DNA of 64,000 bases from Caldilineaceae bacterium (GCA_965116395.1 OZ220684.1:2151447-2215446); one strand, 5' to 3'. Positions 38,707 through 48,162 are shown, counted from the stretch's first letter. Notes: generated from the letters alone by a model not told the origin. Translations and numbers: made by a program.

Positions 38707-38752
38707 CAGTGGATAGTGGTTAGTGGATAGTGGTTGGTGGCTGGCGGTTGGG
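38707..38752. repeat. heptamer tract, family 2
   Basis: CAGTGGATAGTGGTTAGTGGATAGTGGTTGGTGGCTGGCGGTTGG: six to seven imperfect 7-nt units with TAG every 7 nt. Confidence 0.75.
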
Positions 38753-38758
38753 TCCAAA

Positions 38759-38776
38759 GCGCCCCGGGTGGGGCGT
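38759..38776 (-). terminator. weak terminator-like hairpin after gatB
   Basis: On the minus strand CGCCCC-ACCC-GGGGCG is followed by CUUUGG. It lies between the two heptamer tracts. Confidence 0.3.
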
Positions 38777-38777
38777 C

Positions 38778-38802
38778 ACTAAAAACTGGAAACTAAAAAC
38801 TA
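38778..38802. repeat. heptamer tract, family 1, containing the gatB stop codon
   Basis: ACTAAAAACTGGAAACTAAAAACTA. On the minus strand the gatB end reads AGT TTT TAG and runs into AGTTTCC AGTTTTT. Confidence 0.7.
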
Positions 38803-40382
38803 TCAAGCATTTCCTGCAGCCGCTGACGCGCCGCCTGCGGGTCCGCCTTGCCCTTGGTCGCGCGCATCATCTGGCCCATGAAAAAGCCGAACAGCTTCTT
38901 CTCGCCGCCGCGGTAGCGGGCCAGCTCGTCCGGGTTGCTGTCAAAGGCATCCTGCACCGCCGCGTCAATGACCGACGTATTGCTGACCATCGCCAGCCCT
39001 TCCCGTTCGACAACCGACTGCGGATCGTCTCCGCTCGTGTACATCGACTCCAGCACCTTCTTGCCGGTGTTGGCGTTGATCTCTCGCGCATCCACCATCT
39101 GCACCAGCGCGGCCAGCTGCTGCGGCTGCACCCGCGTATCCGCGATCTGCCGCAAGTCCTGGCCCTCGCCGTCGGCGTAGAGCAGGCGGAACAGTTCATC
39201 CGTGATCCAGTTGGCCATGCGCTGCGGTTTGCCGTCCTCCTGGCCGTACGCGTCCACCGCGGCTTCGAAATAGTCGGCCACCGCCTTCTCGCTGGTGATG
39301 GCGCCTGCATCCGCCGGCCGCAGATCCCACGTCTGCCGGTAGCGCTGCTCCTTCGCGTCCGGCAGCTCGGGCAACGTGCGCGCCTCCTCCTCCACCCACT
39401 GCCGGTCGACCACCAGCGGCGGCAGATCCGGCTCGGGGAAATAGCGGTAGTCCTCGCTGCTCTCCTTCGAGCGTTGCAGCACCGTGCGCTGGCGGTTCTC
39501 GTCCCAGCCCATATTCACCTGCTCGATCACGCCGCCGCTGTTCAGCACATCCGCCTGGCGCTCGGCCTCGTAGGCGATGGCGTTGCGCACCGCGCGCAGG
39601 CTGTTGAGATTCTTCACCTCCACCTTCGTGCCGAGTTCATCGCGCGCGGCCTGCTCCGGCGTGCGCACGCTGATATTGGGCTCGCAGCGCAGCGCGCCCT
39701 CCTCCATGTTGCCGCTGTTGACGCCCAGATAGCGCAGGATCGAGCGCAGTTTTGTCAGGAACGCGTAGGCCTCGTCCGCGCTGGCAATGTCGGCCTCGGT
39801 GACAATCTCCATCAGCGGCATACCGGCTCGGTTCAGGTCCACTAGCGTATGCAGCCCTGCATGCGTGTTCTTGCCCGTATCCTCTTCCAGATGGGCGCGG
39901 TGGACGCGGATGCGTTTGACGCCGCCGTCGGGCAGCTCGATCTCCACCCAGCCGTTGCGGCACAGCGGCAGCTCGTATTGCGAGATCTGATAGCCCTTTG
40001 GCAGGTCCGGGTAATGGTAATTCTTGCGCGCAAAGACCGCCGTCTCCGCGATCTCGCAGTTGAGCGCCAGCCCCGTGCGGATCGTTGCCTCGACCGCGGC
40101 GCGGTTGCTCACCGGCAGCGCGCCCGGCAGGCCCAGACAGACCGGGCAGGTGTGCGTATTGGGCGGCGCGCCCTGATAGTCTGCGCTGCAGCGGCAGAAC
40201 ATCTTCGTCTTCGTCAACAGCTGCGCGTGGACTTCCATACCCACGACGACGTTGTATTCCTGTGTCAATTGCGGCGTCCTCTCGGTGAATCCGTGTGCTT
40301 CAATTCTTCCATCAACATCTCTGCTGGGTTCCAGTCCGCCTGCATGGTCTTCACCTGGAGATGGCATGACCAGCATCGACAT
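38793..40382 (-). CDS. gatB: aspartyl/glutamyl-tRNA amidotransferase subunit B
   Basis: [22 protein letters not shown], and GatB/YqeY C-terminal domain. The ATG overlaps the upstream stop (TAATG). Confidence 0.9.
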   Translation of the reverse strand: MSMLVMPSPGEDHAGGLEPSRDVDGRIEAHGFTERTPQLTQEYNVVVGMEVHAQLLTKTKMFCRCSADYQGAPPNTHTCPVCLGLPGALPVSNRAAVEATIRTGLALNCEIAETAVFARKNYHYPDLPKGYQISQYELPLCRNGWVEIELPDGGVKRIRVHRAHLEEDTGKNTHAGLHTLVDLNRAGMPLMEIVTEADIASADEAYAFLTKLRSILRYLGVNSGNMEEGALRCEPNISVRTPEQAARDELGTKVEVKNLNSLRAVRNAIAYEAERQADVLNSGGVIEQVNMGWDENRQRTVLQRSKESSEDYRYFPEPDLPPLVVDRQWVEEEARTLPELPDAKEQRYRQTWDLRPADAGAITSEKAVADYFEAAVDAYGQEDGKPQRMANWITDELFRLLYADGEGQDLRQIADTRVQPQQLAALVQMVDAREINANTGKKVLESMYTSGDDPQSVVEREGLAMVSNTSVIDAAVQDAFDSNPDELARYRGGEKKLFGFFMGQMMRATKGKADPQAARQRLQEMLDSF

Positions 40383-41407
40383 TACACATCTTCAAGGGAG
40401 GCAAGCAGGACCAGGACCAGCGCCGCCGTGTCTCCCAGCAGCACCGGATTGATGAACTCAATCGTGTCGTCGCGGGTGTTGATGCGTGACATGTCGTTGC
40501 CGGAGAAACTAATAACCGGAATCTCGGCGGAGTACCTGAAAGGGACATGATCGCTACCGCTGTAACCCTCGGTGATGCTCGTATAGGACACTCCCTCTCT
40601 GCTGGCGACTACTGATACATGACTAGTCAACCATCTGTCGCCCGGTCCCCGTAGAAATGTGCCGGATCCCACTGAATCCAGGTTGATCATGATCTTGATG
40701 TCGTCCGACTCTTCTTCGGTCAACTGGTCCACGTAATGCCAACTGCCGCTCATTCCGGTTTCCTCTGAACCAAAGGCGATAATCCGCAGTGTGAACGGAA
40801 AAACCGATACCATCTGGCTCGACCAGGGCGGTTGCGCCAATCTCTCTGCCAGCGCCAGCAGCACGCCTACTCCGGAAGCGTTATCGTTGGCGCCCACTGA
40901 GTTTCGTACCGTGTCGTAGTGCGCTCCCAGGATGACCACGCCTTCACCCTGACCGGGAAGTTCAAGGATTATGTTGCGGGATCCCCTCCGGAGAGACCCT
41001 ATCCGTACTTGAAAGTCCTGCATCTCCGGGCTGTATCCGAACTCGGTAAAGCGGTCCATCAGGAGCTCTGCGGCCTTCGATTCCTCTGCCGTAGCGCTCT
41101 GCCGCCATCCCACTTCTCTCGTCAACTCGCACAGGTGACTGAAAGCGGCAATGGCAAGAGCCTTACGATCGGCGACGCTGAATCTCGCGGTCGCGGGCGG
41201 CGAACCGACATCGGCCAGTGTCTCCTGCGCTACTTCTTCGAGTTCCGCGCAGGACGGTCCCGTTGCGACGTATGGTCTTGTACTTGTAGGGCCGTGGGCG
41301 AGAAAATGAGCAATCTGGTCATCGATGGGCCTGCAGGCTACCAGCAGAATCGCTGCGAGAAGGAAAAGCCCTGCCCGGGAAAATCTCTTGAACTTCCACC
41401 CAGCCAT
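40382..41407 (-). CDS. M28-family aminopeptidase, secreted or lipoprotein
   Basis: Signal/lipobox-like LLVAC. GAHYDTV and [17 protein letters not shown] zinc-ligand motifs. Confidence 0.8.
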   Translation of the reverse strand: MAGWKFKRFSRAGLFLLAAILLVACRPIDDQIAHFLAHGPTSTRPYVATGPSCAELEEVAQETLADVGSPPATARFSVADRKALAIAAFSHLCELTREVGWRQSATAEESKAAELLMDRFTEFGYSPEMQDFQVRIGSLRRGSRNIILELPGQGEGVVILGAHYDTVRNSVGANDNASGVGVLLALAERLAQPPWSSQMVSVFPFTLRIIAFGSEETGMSGSWHYVDQLTEEESDDIKIMINLDSVGSGTFLRGPGDRWLTSHVSVVASREGVSYTSITEGYSGSDHVPFRYSAEIPVISFSGNDMSRINTRDDTIEFINPVLLGDTAALVLVLLASLEDV

Positions 41408-41469
41408 CGCACCCTGCCTTATTGGAGTTTTCCAGCGCTGGAGAGCCTTGCCTTAATACCTTCTATATG

Positions 41470-41755
41470 GTAACTACTCAGCCGCAACTGATACGCGACC
41501 CTGAATGAGGCGAGCAAAGGTGTTCATTCTCTCCTCATGATTGTCATATGGGCGGTCGGCCGCAAGCGGCCTCCCTTGTGCAGGGGCTGCGCCCCCGCAA
41601 CGCCCCCCTACAAAACCATCCCTCACCGACCGTGTGCATTCTTCGCAACCTGTCGGCTGGCGAGCATGGCGGCGGCTGTATACCAGTTGCGTCACCAAGA
41701 GCCTGAATGGTTCCAGGGATGACTGGCTGGTCAACTGCTGTGGCTTAGTAGTTAC
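41470..41755 (+). mobile_element. MITE-like element, copy B (286 bp, subfamily II)
   Basis: GTAACTACTCAGCC...GGCTTAGTAGTTAC termini and the conserved GC-rich core at 41550-41607. No matching flanking duplication was seen. Confidence 0.75.
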
Positions 41756-41986
41756 GAATTCCGAATGAACGAACACCTTATCCATCTGGTAAAATTGAGC
41801 CTCTTACCAGGAAACCAGCAAAGATAGGTGTCCGATGATGAGTGCCATTGGGGGCAAGCACAGATATTATTATAGGTGACCGTTCCCCTTTTGCACGCCA
41901 TCATAGCATAGGGCCAATTCCGGAACAAAAGAAAACCGTATTCACCCCGTTTCCACTGCAGGGTGACCGCGACTTCCGGCCCTTTA

Positions 41987-42015
41987 TTGACACAGTCCAT
42001 CCCCCCTGCTACCAT
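41987..42015 (+). promoter_or_regulatory. sigma70-like promoter candidate for the TPR-SLT gene
   Basis: TTGACA (41987-41992), 17-nt spacer, TACCAT (42010-42015). About 140 nt upstream of the ATG at 42157. Confidence 0.3.
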
Positions 42016-42156
42016 AACCACATGATCGGCGGTCCCACTGAAATTCGCACGCACACAACGCCCCTAGCGGACTGATATTTCCCTGCAATGATCTTCCGCC
42101 GATCCCCCCATCGCGCCACAGACTCCTCTCGAGCAAGGGCGCATTTCACCTCAATC

Positions 42157-44880
42157 ATGTCAAGCGCCCAATTACATCGATCACAGTTAAGGCTGGCGCT
42201 CTCCCTTTCGATTCTGATTCCGCTCGCCCTGCTACTCACCGCCTGCGGAAACAGAAACGCGACCGCCACTGCCGCCGCCAACCTGTCAGCGCAGACCGAA
42301 ACACCCATACCTCCCGCCGCCAGCCCGCCCGCGCCGGCCGCAACGCCCAGTCCTGCCGCCAATGACACCGCAACAGCCACCCGCGCCGCCGCACCGGCTC
42401 CGTCATCAACGCCAGCGGCACAGTCGAACAGCTTAGCCCCCCGTCAGCGGGTCACGGTTGAGCCATTCGCGCCGGCATCCCCCTTGCAGCAGGCGGTCTG
42501 GTTCCACGAGGTCGGCGACTACAGCCAGGAGCAGCGCCTGCTCAGAACGCTGCTGGCCGACCCCCAGATAACGCTGGCCCAGCAGCAGGAAGCACGCTAC
42601 CAACTCGCTCTCTCCTTTCTCGCCGACGAACAGCCGGTGTCCGCCGCCAACGTGCTGGACCAGTTTTCGCTCCAGGCCGGCTCCCTGCCGGCAGATGACC
42701 CCCGCCGCAGCCGCACCGTTTTCCTGCGCGCCGAGGCGCTGGCCCGTGTGGGCCGCAACGCCGAAGCCGTCGCCGCCTACGAAGCTTTCCTGCAGCAGCA
42801 CCCTCACGTTACCAGTGTCGTCGCAGAGCGTATCGCCGATGCCTGGCTCGCGGCCGGCGACTGGCCGCAGGCCGCCAACGCGTTGCGCCGGGCCGCCGAC
42901 CATGCCGCCAACAACTGGGAAAAAGTTCGCCTTCTCGACCGGCTGGCCGGCACTCTCGAGGGCAATGGCCGCTGGAGCCAGGCCGCCTCTGTCTACGATG
43001 AAATCCTTGCCGCGACCGAGACGCAAGCGGAAGAGCGTAACCGGGACGACGTAGAATTCGATCAAATCCTCGGCTACAGAATATGGAACGTCCACCGGGC
43101 CAGCTATCTGTACCGCGCCGGAATCGCCTACGCAACCGCCGGCGATGAGGAAGCCGCTATCGTCCGCTGGCGTCTGGCCCTGGACGAAGATCCGGAGAGC
43201 AACTCCGCCTACCAGGCCCTCATCCAACTGGTGAACCGCGACGTACCCGTAGACCTCTTTGTACGCGGGCAGGTCGACCTGTTTGCCCAAGCCTACTTCC
43301 CTGCCATCAACGCCTATGACAGATTCCTTCAGGAAGCGCCGCAGGATGACCGCGCCGGGCAGGCCTGGTTGGGGCTTGGCCGCGCCCATATGGAGCTGGG
43401 ACAGTGGGACGAGGCCATCCGCGCCCTGGAACAGGTGATGAACTGGTATCCCGACTGCCCCTGTTTCAGCGATGCCTGGTTCACTCGCGCCCAGCTGGCC
43501 AATGCGCAGGGCTCGCCCGGTGCCGCCCGGCGCATCTATCGCACCTTCGCCAGGGATCACGCTGACCACCCGTTCGCCCCCGAAGCCCTCTGGCGAAGCG
43601 CGCTTTCCGCCATCGGCGCCGGCCGCGGCCTCGATACCGGCTCTGCAGGCCGCGCCGAGAGCTCAGCCGAATTCTTGGTTGAGGCCGTGTCTGACCTGCT
43701 GACGCTGGTGGACAGCTTCCCGGACAGCGCCCGCGCGCCCGATGCGTTGGCCGTGCTGGGGATCGGCGCCTTTACCTACGGTCATGTCGGGCTGGCTGCC
43801 ACCGGCTTTGAACGTCTGCTGGCCGACTATCCCGGTGTGCGGACGGGCACATCAACCTATTGGCTGGGTCGCGCCCGTTACGCCCAGGGCGAGCAAGACG
43901 CGGCCCAGGTCCTGTGGCAGTCGCTCGCCGCCCAAGAGCCGGAAACATATTACGGCGTGCTGGCCGCTGCCGAACTGACGCCGCCGGGCAATCCGGGGCA
44001 GGACATCATCCCCCGCATGGATGCCATGACCGCGGCCGCGCTGCCCAACGACGACGGCAGCCGCGCCTACGCCGAAAACTGGCTCAAGACGTGGCACGAC
44101 GCGCCCGAAACGACCGCTGCCGGCACCAGCAGCGGCAACTCAGGTCTGCCGCAAGCCGTAGCCGAAGACCCTGCCCGGATCGGCGGCGCACTGCTGCTGG
44201 ATCTGGATCTCCGCGCCGAGGGTTTGAAGCTGCTCGAACTGGCGTACTGGCGCTTCCGCGACGAGCCCGCGGCCCTGTTTCCGCTCATGCTTCACTTCGA
44301 AGAACTGGGCGCCAACCGGCTCTCCATCAGCGCCGCTTACCGTCTCATCGAACTCAGTCAGGTCCAACATACCGCCGATGTGCCCCTCTTTATCCAGCGC
44401 GTCGCCTACCCCAGACACTATGCCCACCTCGTCGAAAAGGAAGCCGCAGATTTCGACATCGATTCCCTGCTCTTCTACAGTCTCATCCTTCAGGAGAGCC
44501 TCTTCGAGCCGCCCGCCCGCTCCTTTGCCGGCGCCCACGGCCTGACCCAGATCATCCCCACCACCGGCGCAGAGATCGCGCAGCGCCTCAACTATCCCAA
44601 CTACTCCACCGGCCTGCTAAACCGTCCCTTCGTCAACGTTCGCTTCGGCGCGTACTACCTGCGCTGGGTACGGGATTACGCGCACGAAAACCCCGTCGCC
44701 GCCCTCGCCGGTTACAACGCCGGCCCCGGCAATGCCCGGGTCTGGTTCGAGCGCTCCGACTTCGACGAGGCCCTCTTCATCGAGCGCATCCCTTACAGCG
44801 AGACCCGCCTTTATCTGCAGCGCATCCTGACGCATTATGCGCATTATCTGCGGATATATGGGGGTACTAGTTTTCAGTAG
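42157..44880 (+). CDS. lipoprotein with TPR-like repeats and C-terminal lytic transglycosylase (SLT) domain
   Basis: Lipobox LLLTAC after MSSAQLHRSQLRLALSLSILIPLA. The C-terminus has SLILQESLFE...AGAHGLTQIIPTTG...AGYNAGPGN, the SLT catalytic-E and signature motifs. Confidence 0.8.
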   Translation: MSSAQLHRSQLRLALSLSILIPLALLLTACGNRNATATAAANLSAQTETPIPPAASPPAPAATPSPAANDTATATRAAAPAPSSTPAAQSNSLAPRQRVTVEPFAPASPLQQAVWFHEVGDYSQEQRLLRTLLADPQITLAQQQEARYQLALSFLADEQPVSAANVLDQFSLQAGSLPADDPRRSRTVFLRAEALARVGRNAEAVAAYEAFLQQHPHVTSVVAERIADAWLAAGDWPQAANALRRAADHAANNWEKVRLLDRLAGTLEGNGRWSQAASVYDEILAATETQAEERNRDDVEFDQILGYRIWNVHRASYLYRAGIAYATAGDEEAAIVRWRLALDEDPESNSAYQALIQLVNRDVPVDLFVRGQVDLFAQAYFPAINAYDRFLQEAPQDDRAGQAWLGLGRAHMELGQWDEAIRALEQVMNWYPDCPCFSDAWFTRAQLANAQGSPGAARRIYRTFARDHADHPFAPEALWRSALSAIGAGRGLDTGSAGRAESSAEFLVEAVSDLLTLVDSFPDSARAPDALAVLGIGAFTYGHVGLAATGFERLLADYPGVRTGTSTYWLGRARYAQGEQDAAQVLWQSLAAQEPETYYGVLAAAELTPPGNPGQDIIPRMDAMTAAALPNDDGSRAYAENWLKTWHDAPETTAAGTSSGNSGLPQAVAEDPARIGGALLLDLDLRAEGLKLLELAYWRFRDEPAALFPLMLHFEELGANRLSISAAYRLIELSQVQHTADVPLFIQRVAYPRHYAHLVEKEAADFDIDSLLFYSLILQESLFEPPARSFAGAHGLTQIIPTTGAEIAQRLNYPNYSTGLLNRPFVNVRFGAYYLRWVRDYAHENPVAALAGYNAGPGNARVWFERSDFDEALFIERIPYSETRLYLQRILTHYAHYLRIYGGTSFQ

Positions 44881-44898
44881 TCAGTTCTTAGTTTTTAG
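44867..44898. repeat. heptamer tract, family 1 (complement orientation), containing the SLT stop codon
   Basis: CTAGTTTTCAGTAGTCAGTTCTTAGTTTTTAG. TAG occurs in several frames, and the gene stop lies at 44878-44880. Confidence 0.7.
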
Positions 44899-45190
44899 GT
44901 AACTACTAAGCCATCTACAGTGTCTGTCTTGACCAGCCCCTTATCTCTGCCGCCATTCAGGCAATCTGATTGCGTATTCGGTTGGCGGCAGCCAGGTTGC
45001 TGGAGCGGCACTGCTGGAATGCGCACACAAGGTCGGTGAGCGATGGTTTTGTAGGGGGCGTTGCGGGGGCGCAGCCCCTGCACAAGGGAGGGCCGAAGGC
45101 CCGACCGCCCATAATACAAACATGAGGAGTGAGAGAAAACTCTTGCTGACCTCGTTCAGAGTTGCGAATCAGTTGCGGCTTAGTAGTTAC
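44899..45190 (-). mobile_element. MITE-like element, copy C (292 bp, subfamily I, inverted)
   Basis: Perfect 14-bp TIR GTAACTACTAAGCC / GGCTTAGTAGTTAC. Flanks GTTTTTAG and GTTCTTAG match 7/8. Confidence 0.8.
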
Positions 45191-45265
45191 GTTCTTAGTG
45201 GTGAGTGGACCTTTTGCCGGGAGGCACTGAGGACTGCCGATGGACTGTGGCTCAGCAGTTGCGGT

Positions 45266-45430
45266 TCAGCGATTCGGGGGGGACGTTTCGTTCGAGCCAG
45301 AACAATCGAAGGGAACGAGCGACGATTCAGCTTGGGAGATGTCATGGCGTTCTCCTCTGGTCAGGATGACCTGATAGGGAAAGCCGAGGGCATCAACGAG
45401 GAGTTGGACAGGTCGGTTTCGTTCGACGGT
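45266..45430 (-). pseudogene. IS5-family (IS427-like) DDE transposase fragment
   Basis: RNRPVQLLVDALGFPYQVILTRGERHDISQAESSL resembles the conserved ...VDALGNP..F.LT.GQ.HD...A block. There is no remainder of the gene. Confidence 0.45.
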
Positions 45431-45449
45431 ACGGCAATGGCCGGGTCTG

Positions 45450-47678
45450 TCATCTCCCACAGGCATCACACGCTACAGCTTGGAAATACACCAGAAGCAA
45501 AGAGTCCTCCCCTGCTTCTGTCGGAATCCTGGGCGTGCCATTGACAGATGCGTCGTAGAGGCCGGCAATCAGGCGCAGGGGGCTGTCCGGCAGGGTCGGT
45601 GGGATGGGCATCGCGACGCTATTCAGAACCTGCGAGCTATCCAAACGGAGCTCTGGTTCCCACTGGGCGACCAAGTCGCCGGTTTCGTCGAGCAGGTGCA
45701 GGAATATCTTTTCGCCGCCGGTCAATACGGTTGGGTCTCCGCTCCATTCCATGTGGACGACCAGCCTGCCGCCGGCTGGGGGGATGTTGGGGCTGATCTG
45801 GGCGCGCTCCAGCGTCAAGCCGTTAGCGAACTGGACATCGAAAAGGCGCCACGCCTGGGGATTGGGCCGCGAGTAGAGTTCGACAATCCATGGCCCCACC
45901 GTTTCCTGGCCCGCCATCTGGTAGGAACTGGAAAGCGCCTGCCGGGCATTATTGGTTACTTCCGCACGGGTTCGCCTCTGTTGGTCAAATTCAAAGCCCT
46001 GTCGCTTTGCAATCCACTGCAGATCCAGTTCGAATTCCTCAAGATCCCTATCCGATCGAACCAGCAGAATGACTGATTGGACACCGCTACTGCGGAGATC
46101 TGCGACGGTCTCCAGGGCCGCATCCAAGTCCATCGGCCAGGGAGCCAGGGAAACGTTCTCAATCTCTCCCGTATAGTAGTAGTCCCAGAGCGCGGGGTCG
46201 ACAAAATAAGGCTGGGCGAAACGAACGTCTGTCTTGTTGCGTCCGGCGCCCCAGCTATCCAGCATATGGGCCAGTTCCCGCAATCCCCGTGACTTTGAGA
46301 ATTCTGATTCAAAGTGGAAGTTGCGAAAGCTGAACAGATTGCCTGCGAAAACTGCAAGGATGAGTATCGCTGCCGTCAGGTTTCCGATGCCAATCCCGTT
46401 CATGGCCTTCAGGACGCTGGCATTCGTACCTCCAGTCCAAGTTTTCCATCTCCGGCCAAGGCGGCTCTCCACATAGTCGTCGATGTTCCCCAGCCCTATA
46501 GCCAGCAATAGCAGGACAGGCGTCAGGGCCAAGGCAATAAAGCTCCAGGGGAACCCAGGAAAGGAAAAACCAGCAGGTCTCCATGTAGTGAGCAATGCGA
46601 CAAGAAAACTTAGCAGTAAGAGAACTGTTGGGCCTGAATTCAGGTGTTGGGGCTCTGCCTTCTGCGCTTCCGAGAGTTCATTCTCTTCTGGGTCAACCAA
46701 ACCATCGATGGCTCTTTCCCCCCGGTCGATCACCCACCTTTTGGCCAAGAATATTCCAAGAATCGCAGCCACCAAAAGGGCGAATGCGAAAAGCCCTGAC
46801 CCCAGTCTCCAGGTCGGCGTCGGTACGAAGGGTCCTATCGTGAGGACGCCGATTTGCGTTAAGAATTCATATACCCATGGCGATGAGAGTGCCCATGTGC
46901 TGTAATTCGTGATTGAGGGCCATGCGCTTACCAGCCAAGGCGTGCACAAGATGCCCACTGCGACCTGCGAAACGGCCCACCGCACCGGCAGTGAACCCGC
47001 AGGTCCTTGGGCAGAAGCGTTCCCTCCGCCGCGCCTGTCTCGAGCCAGCACGAAGAGCACATACAGGTTTTGCGCCAGGAGAGGGAGGACGGCGAAAGCG
47101 TGGGTATAGAAGGTAGAGGCGGTACAGATCACGTACGCGATCAGGGTCTTGCTTCCCCCTCCGCCGCCGATAACTCTCAGGGCCAACAGAATGCTGGCGG
47201 TGGTGAGAGCCAGACCGAGTGAATGGTGGAGAACTAACTGGGTATGCAAGATGGCGTAGGCGTTCACGGCCGCCAACAGGACTGCAGCCAAAGTGGCAAA
47301 TGTGCCAATTCGGATGTCTGCTGCGATACGGTAGGTGAGGGGAATTGCCAATACGCTGCAGAAGGCCGATAGCGAACGAATGGCAAATTCGCTGGGCCCT
47401 GTGATTCTGAGCCAAACGTTTTGCAACCAGAAGCTTGCGGGAAGAAGAAGGAATCCTTCCCAATCGAAAGCTATTCTTACGAGTTCAGAGAGAGTAAAGT
47501 GACGAAGGCCATAGACGACACTCTCGAGCTCGTCCAGCTCCTGAGAATCCAGTCGATAGAGTCTCAGTGCGAAGCCGATGAGGACGGCGATCAGGACGAC
47601 TGCCCGCAACGACTGGCTGTCTGCAGGAACCTGATGCTTATTGGGGCTGGCGTCTTCTTGTTCATTCGAGCGGGTCAC
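45450..47678 (-). CDS. GT-C fold membrane glycosyltransferase (GT39/ArnT-like) with C-terminal soluble domain
   Basis: About 12 predicted TM segments. A first-loop DE-containing motif (LYRLDSQELDELES). About 300-aa non-membrane C-terminus. The family call is tentative. Confidence 0.55.
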   Translation of the reverse strand: MTRSNEQEDASPNKHQVPADSQSLRAVVLIAVLIGFALRLYRLDSQELDELESVVYGLRHFTLSELVRIAFDWEGFLLLPASFWLQNVWLRITGPSEFAIRSLSAFCSVLAIPLTYRIAADIRIGTFATLAAVLLAAVNAYAILHTQLVLHHSLGLALTTASILLALRVIGGGGGSKTLIAYVICTASTFYTHAFAVLPLLAQNLYVLFVLARDRRGGGNASAQGPAGSLPVRWAVSQVAVGILCTPWLVSAWPSITNYSTWALSSPWVYEFLTQIGVLTIGPFVPTPTWRLGSGLFAFALLVAAILGIFLAKRWVIDRGERAIDGLVDPEENELSEAQKAEPQHLNSGPTVLLLLSFLVALLTTWRPAGFSFPGFPWSFIALALTPVLLLLAIGLGNIDDYVESRLGRRWKTWTGGTNASVLKAMNGIGIGNLTAAILILAVFAGNLFSFRNFHFESEFSKSRGLRELAHMLDSWGAGRNKTDVRFAQPYFVDPALWDYYYTGEIENVSLAPWPMDLDAALETVADLRSSGVQSVILLVRSDRDLEEFELDLQWIAKRQGFEFDQQRRTRAEVTNNARQALSSSYQMAGQETVGPWIVELYSRPNPQAWRLFDVQFANGLTLERAQISPNIPPAGGRLVVHMEWSGDPTVLTGGEKIFLHLLDETGDLVAQWEPELRLDSSQVLNSVAMPIPPTLPDSPLRLIAGLYDASVNGTPRIPTEAGEDSLLLVYFQAVACDACGR

Positions 47679-48035
47679 GAGACCCCTCTTTTCGGGGCTG
47701 GGCTGAGGAACCTGCAGTTCACTGCCCTGTCCGGCTGTGTGCAGTTTTCAGGGAACCGCGTCAACGAAATGGCAACACTTCTCCTTTTGCCCTGTATAGG
47801 CTCGAGGGTGTCTCTGCAGATATGCGTAAAGTTTCTGCCACTGATGGGCGGCAATCCTTATGGTAGACATTCTACTATTGTCGCTAATGTGACAGAGCAA
47901 TACAAGTGTCAACGAGACCTGGTAGTCAGTTTTTGGTGACCCTGCACTTGAATAGCGGCCAGAGACGGCGCGGGTCGTCAGGCACTGTTCGCTGGCCTCA
48001 ACCGATCCAATTGTCCACGACGGTGGTCCAGCCAG

Positions 48036-48094
48036 GGCGGGGCGTTGCGGGGGCGCAGCCCCTGCACAAGGGAGGGCCGAAGGCCCGACCGCCC
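48036..48094 (-). repeat. isolated copy of the MITE GC-rich core (no arms, no TIRs)
   Basis: The reverse complement reads TGGGCGGTCGGGCCTTCGGCCCTCCCTTGTGCAGGGGCTGCGCCCCCGCAACGCCCC, identical in layout to the cores of copies A and C. Confidence 0.7.
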
Positions 48095-48099
48095 AAACT

Positions 48100-48123
48100 G
48101 CAGTGGTCAGTGGTTAGTGGCGA
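48100..48123. repeat. heptamer tract, family 2
   Basis: CAGTGGTCAGTGGTTAGTGGCGAG, immediately after the orphan core. Confidence 0.6.
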
Positions 48124-48162
48124 GGGGAGAGGGCCGCGAATCGAGTGTGGCAGTGCAGTTCA

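Noticed and set aside
41474-41785. ORFs of 60-103 aa lying inside the repeat elements (also 44895..45119, 52789..53049, 63365..63571, 20619..20801)
   Set aside because: They fall in different frames and strands in different copies of the same element, and their ends coincide with the element termini. The similar peptides (…GRCGGAAPAQGRPLAADRP…) simply reflect the repeated DNA.
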